NCBI RefSeq assembly: GCF_021028975.2
Contig: NC_059426.1
Span: 139,934,001-139,998,000 of the forward strand
Source: Sphaerodactylus townsendi
Taxonomy: Eukaryota
Direction: 5' to 3'
Length of the DNA stretch: 64,000 nucleotides
Part shown: piece after piece, positions 37,873-50,603 of the stretch
How positions within the stretch are numbered: position 1 is the stretch's first letter
Layout of the letters: every line of letters starts with the position of its first letter
The notes under the pieces: generated by a model
The model's database searches: none
Seen by the model: only the letters and a program-made list of their open reading frames with translations
What the model was told of the DNA's origin: nothing
Position numbers and translations under genes: made by a program

Positions 37873-38170
37873 TACATAAGAAGTACTGTGGTGGATCAAA
37901 CGTGTGGTCTGTCTACTCCAGCTCTCTGTTTCATACAGTGGCTAACCACTCTGGCCAACCAACAAGTAGGATGCAGAAATCAAGGCCCTCCCACAAATGT
38001 CGTTTGCTGACACTGGTATTCAGAGATTTGCTGCCTTGGGACCTGGAGGTTCTCTTTACTTATCTTTGCTAGTAGCCACTGACAGACTTATCTAAACCCC
38101 TTGTAAATCCATCTATGCTTATGACCATTGTTACATGCCCTGGCAGTGAATTCTACAGTGTAATTACTTA
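37873..38170 (-). mobile_element. CR1 LINE 3' fragment
   Basis: cataagaag...tggatca...tctactccagc...tggcagtgaattc; homologous to 39010-39360. Confidence 0.65.
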
Positions 38171-39009
38171 CTGAAAAAAAGAACATGGGAAACAATCTGG
38201 AATTATTTAAATCATCTGAATCCCATGCAGGAAATATTTTGTAGAAGAGATTTTGAATGTGGTATATAGTATGCCATAATTTCGAACTACCACCTTGATG
38301 ACCAGTTAAGCAATAGGAGTTACAGTAGAATTTTCTATCCTTTCTCCTAATGTTATGACTTAACTCTCCATTTAGAAACTGTTTTCCATTTGAATATTAA
38401 TCTGACACTCATAAGCATGATAGATAATCCATTGAAGTCTGTCAGCCTGATCCCTGGAGCCAGCACCCACATCTAAGCAATGAAAGCAGTGTTGCTCTTA
38501 AAGTGTATGTGTAATGAAGGGCTAAGGTGCTGATTACAAATCTGAAATCCCTAGTTTATATCTTATCTCTGCCATGGCTTGAAGCAACCTCCGTGTCCCA
38601 ACACAATAACTTATGCAAAATAATGACTTGGATCTACTCCAGGGCTTCTATGAACAGAAGGATTTCCATGAGAGTACCACACAATTATTTTCCACCCCCT
38701 TCCATTGCAGCTATAAATACCCTCAAACAGTGCTATTCTGTTGTTCAGTGGATCCATAACAATTTTTTTTCTCTTAGTGTTTTAAAAGTTGGTTTTTGGG
38801 CCCCCTGCCTTCAGTCAATAAACAAACGACTGACTGTCTGACTCTGCTTCAAACCATTCTTATGAACTGGAACTGACTTTGATTCAAGCAACTTGTCATT
38901 AAGATAGTAAGAAACCATATTGGCATGCTCCTCTTGCCATGGTTTGCTGTCTAGTCAATAAAGAACACCAAAAGGTACGTCCCCTCCCCCTGCCCCCACT
39001 GTTTTCAGT

Positions 39010-39360
39010 CATAAGAACATGAGAAGAGCCCTGCTATATTTATTTTTTATTTTTATTTATATTTTAGATTTCTAGGCTGCCTCTTCCCCGGAGGGCTCGG
39101 TCCAAGGATCTATCTGGTCCATCATCCTGTCTCACAGTGGCTAGCCAGTTCCTCTGAAGGTCCAACAAGGCATGGAGGCTGAGGCCCTCTCCTGATGTTG
39201 CCTCTGAGCACTTGCCTTCAGAAGTTTACTGCCTCTGAAAGTGGAGGTTCTCTTCAGTCACCATGGTTGTAGCTACTGGCAGACCTGTTCTCCATAAATC
39301 TGTCCAATCTCTTTTTAAAGCCATCTATTCCATCACCTCCACATCCTCTGGCAGTGAATT
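39010..39360 (-). mobile_element. CR1 LINE 3' fragment
   Basis: Starts with the cataagaacatgagaa tail repeat, and the body aligns with 37873-38170. A short L2-tail-like insert lies at about 39037-39100. Confidence 0.65.
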
Positions 39361-42300
39361 GTAGTTTTAGATGTGTTGCTTAACGCAGAGACACAGACCT
39401 TGACTTCAGCTATAAAATGTTATTTTATTGTGGTATGTTCAGAGAACTTTTTGCAATTAGATTTCCCATCAAAATTTACATGCATTTTTCAAATACATTA
39501 ATATCCACAGTGAATATATAAAGGAAGGGAATATGTTGCACAAAAGGCAGAGAGGATATACAAAATGCAAAGAGTCCTACATGTTCTGCTTGTTTCAACA
39601 GCTTTCTCAACATGAACCTGCTCTATCCTATCTCATTTTTCTTCTAGTATTGGAGCATAGGTGAGGGGTAACAATGTGCTAAGGCAGGGGTGAGGAGGCA
39701 GGAGGTGGGGTTGAGCCCCAGGTGCTACTTGGTCAGGGTACAGGCAGAGCCCCCCATCCCAACCGGAGTCCAGTGCACCAGCACAGCCTTTTCTACCCTT
39801 CCTCACTGAGGAGGGCTGTGGAAGCTGTGCTGGGGTGCCAGATTCCCAGTGAGAAAATCCTCAGGCTCCTGAGGATTTCCCTGCCTGGAAGCCAGCGCCC
39901 AAAATCCAGTGCCCCAGCACAGTCTTTTCAATCCATCCTCATTGAGGAAGGGCTGCAGAGGCTTTGCTGGGGTGGTAGGGGGTTGCTCAGCTTGATGTCC
40001 ACCTCGAACTCTGCCATGCCACCCCAGTGCAGCTTCCACAGCCCTTCCTTACTAAGAAAAGGTGCAGAGGCTGCACTGGAGCAGTGAAGGGTTGCTCAGC
40101 TTGGTGTCCCTCTCTGATTTTCACCATCAGCCGCCCCAGAATGGCTTTCATAGGCCTTTGAGGAAAGGCTGCAAAGGTCACACTGGAAAGGCAGAGTCCA
40201 AGCAGGGGAATCTTCAGCCGGGGATGTGTGGCTTGTCTTGGAGCACTCTCCCCATACTTTGCCTGCCTGCCTTTAGTTACCACAACTAGGGTAGCTCAAC
40301 CCCTCCCCTTCCCAGATTCCACTGGCCCACTTTGGAGGTCGCACTGGGGCAGTGGAGTCTGAGTGGGGAGGGGTGCAATTTCAGTGCTTGTCACTATGCC
40401 TCTGAACTAAGGAAAGAGGGGAAACCGAGTTGAAGAGAGCATTTTCTTGCCTGCCTGCCCTGTTAAGGTATGGGAAGGAGGCACAAGCAGTGGGTATTTC
40501 ACATTCACTCAGGAGGACACAAATAGACAGAAGAGGGACTGTATTTGAACTCAAGTCCTTAAATTGTGCAGGCCTGTCACAAACACCTGCTTGGATGAAT
40601 CTTGTAAACCACCTTAAAACTCCTTTTAGCTCAATCAACCTATGCATGTCGGGCGGGGTGTTCTGTACTAAGACTGCCTGTCAGTTAGTTAATATTTGTT
40701 GTTTTATTAAGGTTCTTGGCTTTTGGCCATGTTGCAGTTGACAAAGACTGATAATTGCTACTGACTTAAACAGTAATTCCTATTGGGCAAATAGCATTAA
40801 ACAATAATGTAAAGGGGTTTTTATAATATAAAAATATTTATTTCTGCCGGAGACCAAGCCTGTCTGTAGTTTGCGCGAATATCAGGACTGAAGAGTAAAT
40901 GCAGAACAACCTGCACAAATCTTGAGTGGAAAGAAAATTGGCAAGGGGACTAACATGAAAGATAAGAGTTATCTAATTTACTAACTGGCACAGAAGAATT
41001 TCCAGGTTCCAAACTATAGTTCAAAAATAAGTCACTGGTTTTGCAGTTCTGCTGGGTTTAAAATAAAACCATATCTAAAAGATATGTATTTGTTAAATAT
41101 TAACTTAGCCATAGACTACAGTGTTTTAAGTGGGAGTAAAAATCTTAGTTTGTTTTTTAACACTGATATTCCTATAGACATGCCAGTTGCTTTTTAACAT
41201 TAAATTTCAGCTTTGTTTTATTTGTTTATATTGTCTAATAAATGTAGGTATCCTGACAAACATAATATTAAAGCGAACAGAACAATAAATAATAGCTCAG
41301 GGTTAACTTTTCATTTGTTGTGAGTTTGTGGCTTTTGGTGTCTGGTGTTGGCAGCAGCAGTATCCTTTAAGGTTTTCCCTGTTAGTTTTTTTCTGCATGG
41401 TTGTCATATCACTGTTTCTTTACATATTTCCTTATATATCCCATTGAAATTGTGTGCAGTTTTTCCCATTAAAGCCTATGTAACCTAACATCTAGCATGA
41501 AATGTAAAAGACATTATTTTTAAATGTTTCTGAATGAAGGTGAACAAGTTGCGACCATCAATATGCAACAATTTGAGCTGTCTTGGGAAAACTAACCCAA
41601 TCTGAGGATATAAAAGCTATATTTAGGATTAGGTCAATTCCTTTTACCATTTTTAAACTGGTCTCTCTTCCTTTTTCCTTGTCAGGGAAGGAAAAAAATC
41701 TACTATTTGTGAAAAAGCTCACTTTGGAGACTTCTTTTTAGGGGGTCTTTTTTCATTCTTGCATGTCATCCATTAAAGATTAGCTGTGGAAGGTTGGAGC
41801 ATGGAGAGATTATGAATGACGGAACAACTCCTGTGGAATAANNNNNNNNNNNNNNNNNNNNNNNNNNNNNNNNNNNNNNNNNNNNNNNNNNNNNNNNNNN
41901 NNNNNNNNNNNNNNNNNNNNNNNNNNNNNNNNNNNNNNNNNNNNNNNNNNNNNNNNNNNNNNNNNNNNNNNNNNNNNNNNNNNNNNNNNTTGGGCTTTAG
42001 CCAAAAGATCTCAGTAGTTCCCAACCCTTGTGTTTAGAAATCTAAATATGTGTGACATTCTATTTTTAAAAGTAGGTAATGAACATAGTTTTACCAATAA
42101 TCAGTTCTAAAATTATTCTTTCTTTATTCAGTATGTACTTAGCTTTAGTTTTGTTGTATTATTGTAACATTATGTAAATACATTTTCTAAATCTTTAATT
42201 GGATGATGTGTTGGTGCATACAAAAACTTGAATAGATTGTTGGTTATATTCAGTATCTCTGAAATTAGAGGTGGGTTGCTATGGACTTCAATGAGAAGAG

Positions 42301-45300
42301 AATTATATCCTGAAGTTGCTGAACTTAGAATATAGTTTAAAACAATCAAGCTATTTAGTTCCTCTTTAAAAGTGTGGGGTTAGCTGTATGCTGCAGCAGA
42401 AAGGTTGGCTTTTGCTTTCGCTACAAATGTTACTCAGAAAACACAGCTAGCTGTGCACAACAATAAGCACATTTTATGAGTGTAGAATCACAAATTCATT
42501 CGCTTAAAATGATTTTTCCACATCATTCTGTTGGACCAGGACTCATCTATTCAATTAGTTGTGTGATTTGGTAATCAATGTAGCTGTGATTTTCCTTGAA
42601 CCTGAATAATCTCATATTTAACTGTATATGTGCATGTATGTGCACATATTTTCATTCTTCCGTGTAGAAAAACCTGTGTGCTCAAAAAAATCCCTGTTTC
42701 CCATGTTAAATGTAGGAACTTCAGGAGAGTTCCCCATGTGCACCAATACTCATACATTTTACAATTAAGGGAGAGTTTTCAAGTTTATGTGTATGGATAA
42801 TGCTCACCAAGAACCAATGCTGCAGATTTTTTTTCCTAAGTCTATACAAAATTTAATATTTTGGAAGCATAAGGGGTATTTAACTGATGAGGATTACTTT
42901 TGACAAGGAACACTGATCAGTAAAGGCAGTGGAAGCAATGTATATGTTCTCATTCGCAATCTCTATGTCTGGATCTAACTGAATGTGAATACTGCAGAGC
43001 AGTTTTTCTGCACTTGCTTATTGCTAAACAGTTTAGATCCTTTGGTAAAATCAGTATGTTCCCAACTAGAAATTTAGGAGCATGTGAGCACCTCAGACTA
43101 AATACATACAACAAACAAAAACTAACAAAGGTGACAGCATATTCTATCGGTGTTTGCACACATTGCTTTATCTTCAGAGTCACATTTATATGTAAATTAT
43201 GTTTAGTCTGTAATTCCTAGTACTGACCTGTTAAAATGGTCTACTTTATTTTATTCCTGCATCTCTATGCTGCTGCACTTTTTGATTTATTCTAATGTTG
43301 CAAGAGCGGTATCCTTTTTTAAAAAGTGAAGTGTTTTGGAACTGCTGATACTCATTTTAATAGGACTCTGCTATGAGTTTTGCTCTGAGAATCTTTCTGG
43401 GGATTATCAGCATTTTACAATTTGTATGTACAAGCACACAAGTAACGTGTTGTACTCACTCTACCACTAATGCATTACATCTATTTCAGTTAACAGGTTT
43501 TTAGTATGTATAGATTAGTTGCACAAGCACAATACATAAGTATTAATATAAGATACATACAGGTTCTCAAGGACTTCAGGTCAAGACCTTTGCTAAACAC
43601 TGAAAAGCAGTGAAGGAGTTTGCTTTCAGCAGAACCTAGCTTGCTTGGTCATTTTCATCCCACCCCCAACTCCCTCTCTTCTTTGACAGGAAAAAATGAC
43701 ACGACTAGGAAAAACACACATACAAGCAATTCACTATTGCTGTAATAAAATTATGAGGATGTCTTTAGTCTCCCCCTTATTTAAAAGACGAAACGAGAAT
43801 AGGAAATTCTTTTTTCCCATTTTTATGACATATGTCAGGTTCTGCCTTAGCAGAGTAGGCAGACTTCATCTTTATTAGAACTTGTCCTAAATGTAAAAAA
43901 AAAATCCTCTCATATTAACCATTGTGAAGAGAAAACATCTGTGCATTAGATGTACTGTGATCATTCCTTCACCAGCTCTAAGGAAAATCCTAGGTCACAG
44001 AGAGTTCAACAAGCCACTAATCCTGAATACCAAATCCAAAATCACACAAAAAGGCCCCACAACCATCTCCCTATTATTGCAGCAAATTTCTTTCTTTTTA
44101 TTTTTTTAAACTTTTTATTTGTTGAAGATACTAAGAAATGATTGCAAGACGAAACTAGCAAGAAAGAGTAGGAGAATGTGCATCCTGAAGAAGAAGGAAA
44201 AAAGCCCCAAGTAGTATCTGAAGAATTAATAAAGTCTATTTTGGTTTTGTCACTTTTTTGAAGGGAAAACAAGTAGGTATTTTCCTCATGATAGAAAAAT
44301 TGTAATAGGTCACAATATTAGGAAATATTGATTCTGCAATCATTTTCAGAGTTTGTATTACAGTGTAACATGTAGATCATAATACAGTGCTGAGCGTAAC
44401 TATTATGTTTAGCGTAGTGTTTATATGTCGCCTGGGTTTTTATACATGTACTGTGAGTTCTGTGGTTTTAAAGCGCCTAACATTTTTTTTTTCTTTCTTA
44501 CTTGGGTTTACTATTCAGTTTCTCTATTTACACAGATGACCTCTAGGAAATCAGCAAACAGACGTCTTTTCTCGGGAATGCCCTCTTCCTCATACCCACT
44601 AAGGTTCTGTTGTTTGGAGACTCATGAATCAATGTTTATACTAGAATGATTTCTAACACCCTCTTTTGCTACTAGTGTATTTTTAAAGGTAGTTTTAAAA
44701 GTGGTGGGAAGGTTTGCCAACAGAATCAGGTTTAACTAAGAAAATATGTACATGGCTTTGACTCAGTAAACTCTTGCTCGGAATGGTTCAGCTTCTTCAT
44801 ATTTGTTCTCTCCCATATTAGAAAACAATTAGCTTACTAAACAAATTTGAGTATTTCGGGGGGAATCTACTTTGAGTCCCTCTCATTTGACTAAGAATTA
44901 CAGGATATTTGATAAGCTTGTTTAAAAATGAGCATATCCAAATATTATCGTAAACACCCAATGATTTGTTTTACCTACAATATAAGTATTTTACTTAGTT
45001 GGCTTACATAGTATCTAATAATATTTGTTAATGTAATTTAACTGCTGTGAACCTTTACTGAACAAATATTGAAATTTATACAAGTCAAAGAATGAGAATC
45101 TCTAATGACTTTTGTAAAGACTTCCGTTTAATAGTTAAAGAGAAAAGTTTATATGACATAGCCAGTGTAATTAACAGCAGATTTTACATTTAATAAAAAA
45201 AAGAAAGAGGCTATGTATTTGCTTTACTCATTCCAACATAATTTGCATTACAGTTATGGGTATTTAATGAGCAAATTCCAGCTAAAATGCTATGTTGATT

Positions 45301-45931
45301 TTCTAAGTGAACTTTGAAATAGCTATGTACCTTACAAAAAACTGTTTACTCTTATCTGTCTAAGACTACAAGTATTTTAAACTTAATGGGTTTAATACAA
45401 TTATCTTTCTGGGGCAAAAGAATGTAGTCTAAGTATAGGATGGTTATGTTGTTGCAACTATTGTCTTCAAATATGGACAATCTAATTTTGTAACAAGTAA
45501 CCTTAATATGTGTTTATAATGAAAATCATAGCCAGTATTTATGTAGTTCATGAGAGAATGTTTATATCAAGTAAAACATTTGAATTGTAAGCATTTGTGA
45601 GCACATTTAACTGTTTGAAATTATTGAGCTGACACTCACTTTGGCAGGCACAATCCTTATCTCTTTTTTCTCCCTTGCATATCATGGCACTCTGACATTA
45701 AATATGCACATTTAATTCAATAAGCTTCACATTTCAATTAAAATGTCAGTTTAAAAACTCTTAGGCACACTAGGTTTGGTTGAAACAATCTTGCCAAGGT
45801 AAACCTGGCATTCCAGGAAATCATAAAAGTGACTTTGGAGCAGTAACCCTGAAAGTCCTTGGAAATGGTCTGAAGTCAAACAGACTACACAGAAATAATT
45901 GTTCAAAAATTAGCAGTAGCTCCCTCTATTT

Positions 45932-46377
45932 CAGGGGTAGGGAACCTTTAACACTCAAAGAGCCATTTGGACCCGTTTTCCACGGGAAAAGAAAACACTT
46001 GGAGCCGCAAATAATTTTTGACATTTAAAATAAAGATAACACTATATATATAGGGTTTTTTACCTTTTACTCAGCTCATTCTGAGAAGCGCATGGATGCG
46101 CCCGCCCTGCTGCCTGCAGGGCAGGCAAGGATGGGGCTGGCGGCTCGGCCTCACTGGCTGCCGGGAAAGCGCCTGCCCCACTCCAACGGGGCAGGCAAGA
46201 GGGGAAGCCATGCGGCGTGGCCCAACCAACCGTGGGCAGTTGAATTGTGCCAGCCCACATGCTGCCTGCAGGGTGGGCAAGGATGATAAGTCGGCCCGGC
46301 TTGGCTTTCAGGTGGAGCCACAGTGCAAGGGCAGAAGAGCTGCATGCGGCTCTCGAGCCGCAGGTTCCCTACCCCTG
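45932..46377. mobile_element. hAT non-autonomous element, young
   Basis: Perfect TIRs caggggtagggaacct ... aggttccctacccctg and perfect 8-bp TSD ctctattt. Confidence 0.92.
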
Positions 46378-46909
46378 CTCTATTTACTGCAGCGTTATTC
46401 ACTCTAGTGACTAAAATCAATCTGGTTTCCACTTAAAAATGGTGCTAATCATTTTGTGTCCATATGTCCAAAAGCTATCTTTGCCTTGAGAGAGGATATG
46501 CCTTCAAACCTATGGACATTGTGATTACAGCTCTTGTCTCTTAATAATGTATGCTGATCCATTCAGAACATAAAATAGAGAACAGAAATCTTAATGTTGA
46601 AATTCAATTTTACCTTTGCTTTGATGTTAGGATTTTACAAGTGCCTGGTTCATTCAGTCAAGCAAGAGTTAACTGCTGATGTCTCATGCCTAGAATCACA
46701 CGATCTCTTCTTCCAGAAAAAGAGACGAGGCAGACACACAGGCACATGCAGACTGAACAGACACCCAGACTGAGCATTTGTATAGATAGAGTTTGCTGTT
46801 CCAATTTTTAGCGTAACTTAATTTTGTTATCTAGTAAAGTTCTACAAAACAACTCACATGCATCTCTGCCCTGTTATTTGTTCTGCTAATTCATTTCAAT
46901 ACAACAAAA

Positions 46910-46923
46910 GGTTATGGGCCCAG
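46910..46923 (+). promoter_or_regulatory. Copia-type primer binding site (internal fragment of initiator tRNA-Met)
   Basis: GGTTATGGGCCCAG lies 3 nt after the CAACA LTR end; the same PBS sequence is used by Drosophila copia. Confidence 0.85.
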
Positions 46924-47099
46924 AGATTTCCACTGCACATACTTTTCTCTCTGATTCAAAGTGTGTTGCTTGTATAAAGGAAGCTCCTAAAGAAGCAAGA
47001 TATTGGAGGAACAAGCCTCAGTCAGCACCTCTAACCCAACAACAGCTGTTTCAGCAAACCTGAGTGCAGTGTAAACTCAAAACCAATATGCCCTGGCAA

Positions 47100-49010
47100 A
47101 CAGTCTCACTCTACCTGCTCTCCCTCATTTCGATTATTTAAATTTTTTGATCTGGCAATTTCGTATGAATCAAGCTCTTGCTATTCAGAATTTCTCCCAT
47201 GTGACTGAGCAAGAAATGCCTCAAATCTTCATGAGTTGGAACTGTTTAAAATGGCTGATTCCAAAGCGTATTATCTCCTGGCTTCAACAATAGATAATGA
47301 GGAGAGTGCTTTTATTATGAGTTGCAAATCTGCTTGTGATCTTTGGACAGGCTTGGAAGGAAAATACTGTAGAAAATTAGTTAAGAAAATAAGACTTCTA
47401 AAAAGGAAATTCCACAGTGCAAAAACGAAAAGGGGACAATTTGAACAAGCATTTAAAATGGATGGTTGATATGGTTATGCAAATCAGGGCAGTTGGAAAA
47501 GTTTTGGAGCATGAAGATGTGATTCTGGGGCCTTTGCCTGAAAGTTTTGAAAACCAAGTGTCTGTGCTTGAGGCCACAGAGTTGTTGAACCTGAATTATG
47601 TTCTGAATTATCTAAGAAATACTGATGTGGAAAGTATCAAATGCAATGAAAGGCTTATCTGTGCTTAGGGATCATGTCAGTGAAGTAATTGAATGGGGAT
47701 CATGAATGGGGATCATGTCAGTGAAGTAATTTGCTTTAACTGTGAAAGAATGGGGACATTTGGCTAAATATTGTTGTGAAAGAGAATCAGCTGGGAGAGG
47801 CAGAGGGAATGAACCAAGTAATTCTTATAGAAGAGGTGATGTTAATAAAACTTTAGCTATAAAGACAGACAAAGAAAAAGAGGAAGTTAAAGAAAAGGGG
47901 CAAGCAAAGAAAAGACGTACATATATGATTACAAATTACTGCAGCAGTAAAATGAATTTATTTCTTTTGGAGTCTGGATCTTTTTCCCATGCTTGCAATA
48001 ATGAAAAATATTTTATTGAATTGAAAGAAAGTGAAGAAGAGAAACTTTTGCAAGTTGATGATAAACCACTAAAAGTATATGGAAAAGGTACTGTGAGGCC
48101 CGTTCTACATGGGCCAATAAACATGGGTTAAGGACAGTAAAAAAACTGTTTTGGGGGGGGGACTTCATACGGATCCCGCCCCTAAAGCAAGTCTGTTCTG
48201 TTTTATTTTCCCTGAACCGGGTTTTTTGAGAATCCCACTATTCGCGAGTCTTTTGAAAAGCTAATGGCCAGGCAGGAGGCACGTTACTCAGTTGCACTTT
48301 GCTTTTTAATTACCCAGCTTATATCTACATAGCCATGCAGGTGCAAATGGTCGTATCATGGTATTGTGAGATGTCAGCATAGCTATGGGGGTTCATTTGT
48401 GCATGCCTGCGTATGCATAGTTATGCATCTGTGGCAGGTATTTTAAAAAAGGCACGACAGCAACCCGGATTGTTTCCATGGACTCTAATCGCTGCCTGGA
48501 TGGATGCATGCAAACGTGAAAACAGGAAATCAGGTTACTTTATTTTGACTGCAACCCGCTATACATTTGCTATGCAGAAGGGGCCTGAGAATTGATGTTT
48601 TCTGTTCTACTGGAGAGACAGTACAGCATGACCTAATAGAGACATTCCAGAATTACCTAGAACAAGAAGGTATGCAGCATGCAAGATCAGTGATATACTC
48701 ATCTCCTCAAAATGTTCTAGCAGAATGCTTCAATCATACAATACTTGAAACTGCACATTGTTTATTAATGCAGGCTGGACTACTTGACACCTGTTAGACA
48801 GAAGCTGTCAATACAGCTGTATATCTACAACAGAACACCATGCAAACCTATTGGAATGACTCCTTTTGAAATATGGCATAAGAAGAAACCCAGTTTAAAA
48901 CTGTTGAAGCCATTGGGAGCAAAAACATAGGTACAAATTCTCAAAGAGAGAAGAAGAAAACTAGATCCAAGAACTGAAGTTGGAATATTAGTTGGCCACT
49001 GCATGAGAAC
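47100..49010 (+). pseudogene. Frameshifted copia gag-pol (gag, protease, integrase core and SH3-like region)
   Basis: ORF-track fragments 47236-47469, 47417-47668, 47742-48131 and 48567-48797 carry consecutive copia motifs, separated by frameshifts and stops. Confidence 0.85.
48097..48585. mobile_element. PIF/Harbinger-type element inserted into the copia pol
   Basis: TGA|ggcccgttctacatgg ... ctatgcagaaggggcc|TGA (3-bp TSD). Excising it restores the frame GKGTVRIDVFCSTG. Confidence 0.85.
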
Positions 49011-50371
49011 AAAACTGTTAATTTGTGCAATCTCAAACTACCTACCAGCCTCATTTACATAGTATCAGATTATGATTATGTTTTGAGTCAAGCTTCAAGG
49101 TCTCACAATTGAATCCAGATAAAACCTGAGGTCTCTTCTGTCCCATACCCTCAAGCAACAATTTCAACTTGAGAAAATCTGTCAGTGGGCAAGTTCATCA
49201 TATTTTTATTCAGTTGAGAATTCCTATTATCAGATTGCACCAAGTAACTCTTCTATTAATTACTTAGCCTTTTGCATCCATTGTATCATCTTTTATATGG
49301 TATTGTGAATGCTCTACAATTCTCATTTTATGTTTTCTGCAATTTTCCCTGATGTAACTCTTTAAAATAGTTGTGGCTTCTTTTGTGGTCTGTGGTCTGT
49401 GTACTTTGATGTACTCACCACTCACACCCGCCCCCCCCCAAAAAAAACTTTACATGTCAAATATTATAGCTGTCTTCATTAACTGATCTCATTTGGGCAA
49501 CATCTAAATCCTTGCCAACTTGTCGATGCATCTGAACTCTGACTACCCAAAAAGCAAAGCATTTCCAAAGGGAGCTTTTAGATGGCTGCAGTAAAAATAA
49601 ACATGAGCCTTGTGGGCTGTTAAAGACGAACAAGATTTTGTTCTTTCATAAGCTTCCATTGACTAGACAGAGACTATGACTAGCACCCTAATCTATAAAA
49701 GCTTGTGCTGCAGCCAACGAAGTAATTCCATGTGTGGCCTTAGTAATGCTGACTAAATGGCAACAATCCTTGGAGACTTGAAAATGATGCTTGTGTTGAA
49801 GTAACTGACATTTGACAGCCTCTCCCTCCATGTTCTCCTCATAAATTGTAAAGTGGTTAAGATGAAAGATAGCAAGCAACCTTTATAAATAAGCAGGGAT
49901 TAGAATATTGCTCTTAAATTGTTGCTGTTCTAGACTTGTACAGATAGCAGTGACTTCTGTCCATACATTCATTTTTCCCACCCTTCCTTTAAGGAACTCA
50001 ATGTGATATATATATGGTTCACTTCATTTTTACATCCCTTTAAGTTTGGTCTGGCTGAGGAAGGGAGGAAGGAAGGAAGTTATAGAGACTGGCCCAAGAT
50101 CACCCAGTTTTATACAGTCAGAGTAAGGGTTTAAAGCTTGCTCTCCAATCTCAGATCAACTCTTTAATTACAAACCCAGATTGATTTATGTGTTTGTAGC
50201 CCTATGTTGTAAACTCATGGTCTGTCAGGTTCAACCATTTGTACCCTAAACCAGTTCTACTTACTCCATGGGTTGTGGAGAGCCACATTCACAATTACCG
50301 TCAACCAAAAGAGCACCATGATTACTGAATGTCTTGTACGTAACCCCACAAAATGCACAAGCACAATAATA

Positions 50372-50603
50372 CCCTGTTTCCCTGAATATAAGACATCCCC
50401 AGAAAATAAGACGTAGTAGAGGTTTTGCTGAAGTGCAAAATATAAGGCATCCCCCAAAAGTAAAACGTAGCAAAGTTTTTGTATGGAAGCATGCCTGACA
50501 AACAGAATACAGAAATATAAGACATCCCCTGAAAATAAGACATAGTGCATCTTTGGGAGCAAAAATTAATATAAGACACTGTGTTATATTCGGGGAAACA
50601 TGG
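50372..50603. mobile_element. Tc1/mariner-superfamily MITE, same family as 15755-15992
   Basis: TA|ccctgtttccctgaatataa ... ttatattcggggaaacatgg|TA. Confidence 0.85.

Larger units (their letters stand above)
46595..49030 (+). mobile_element. Decayed Ty1/copia LTR retrotransposon (5' LTR, PBS, gag, protease, partial integrase; no RT or 3' LTR seen)
   Basis: TGTTG...CAACA LTR-like ends (about 46595-46906) and PBS GGTTATGGGCCCAG. Gag motifs NFLIWQFRM, DSKAYYLL..SACDLWTGLE, LPESFE and a frameshifted CCHC knuckle (CFNC..GHLAKYC). Protease LESGSFSH. Integrase SPQNVLAECFNHTILETAHCLL, TPFEIW, KLDPRT. The order PR-INT is copia-type. Confidence 0.9.

Noticed and set aside
44128-44272. Purine-rich segment after a T-rich tract, possible cassette exon
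   Set aside because: Contains stops, weak splice sites and no recognisable homology.
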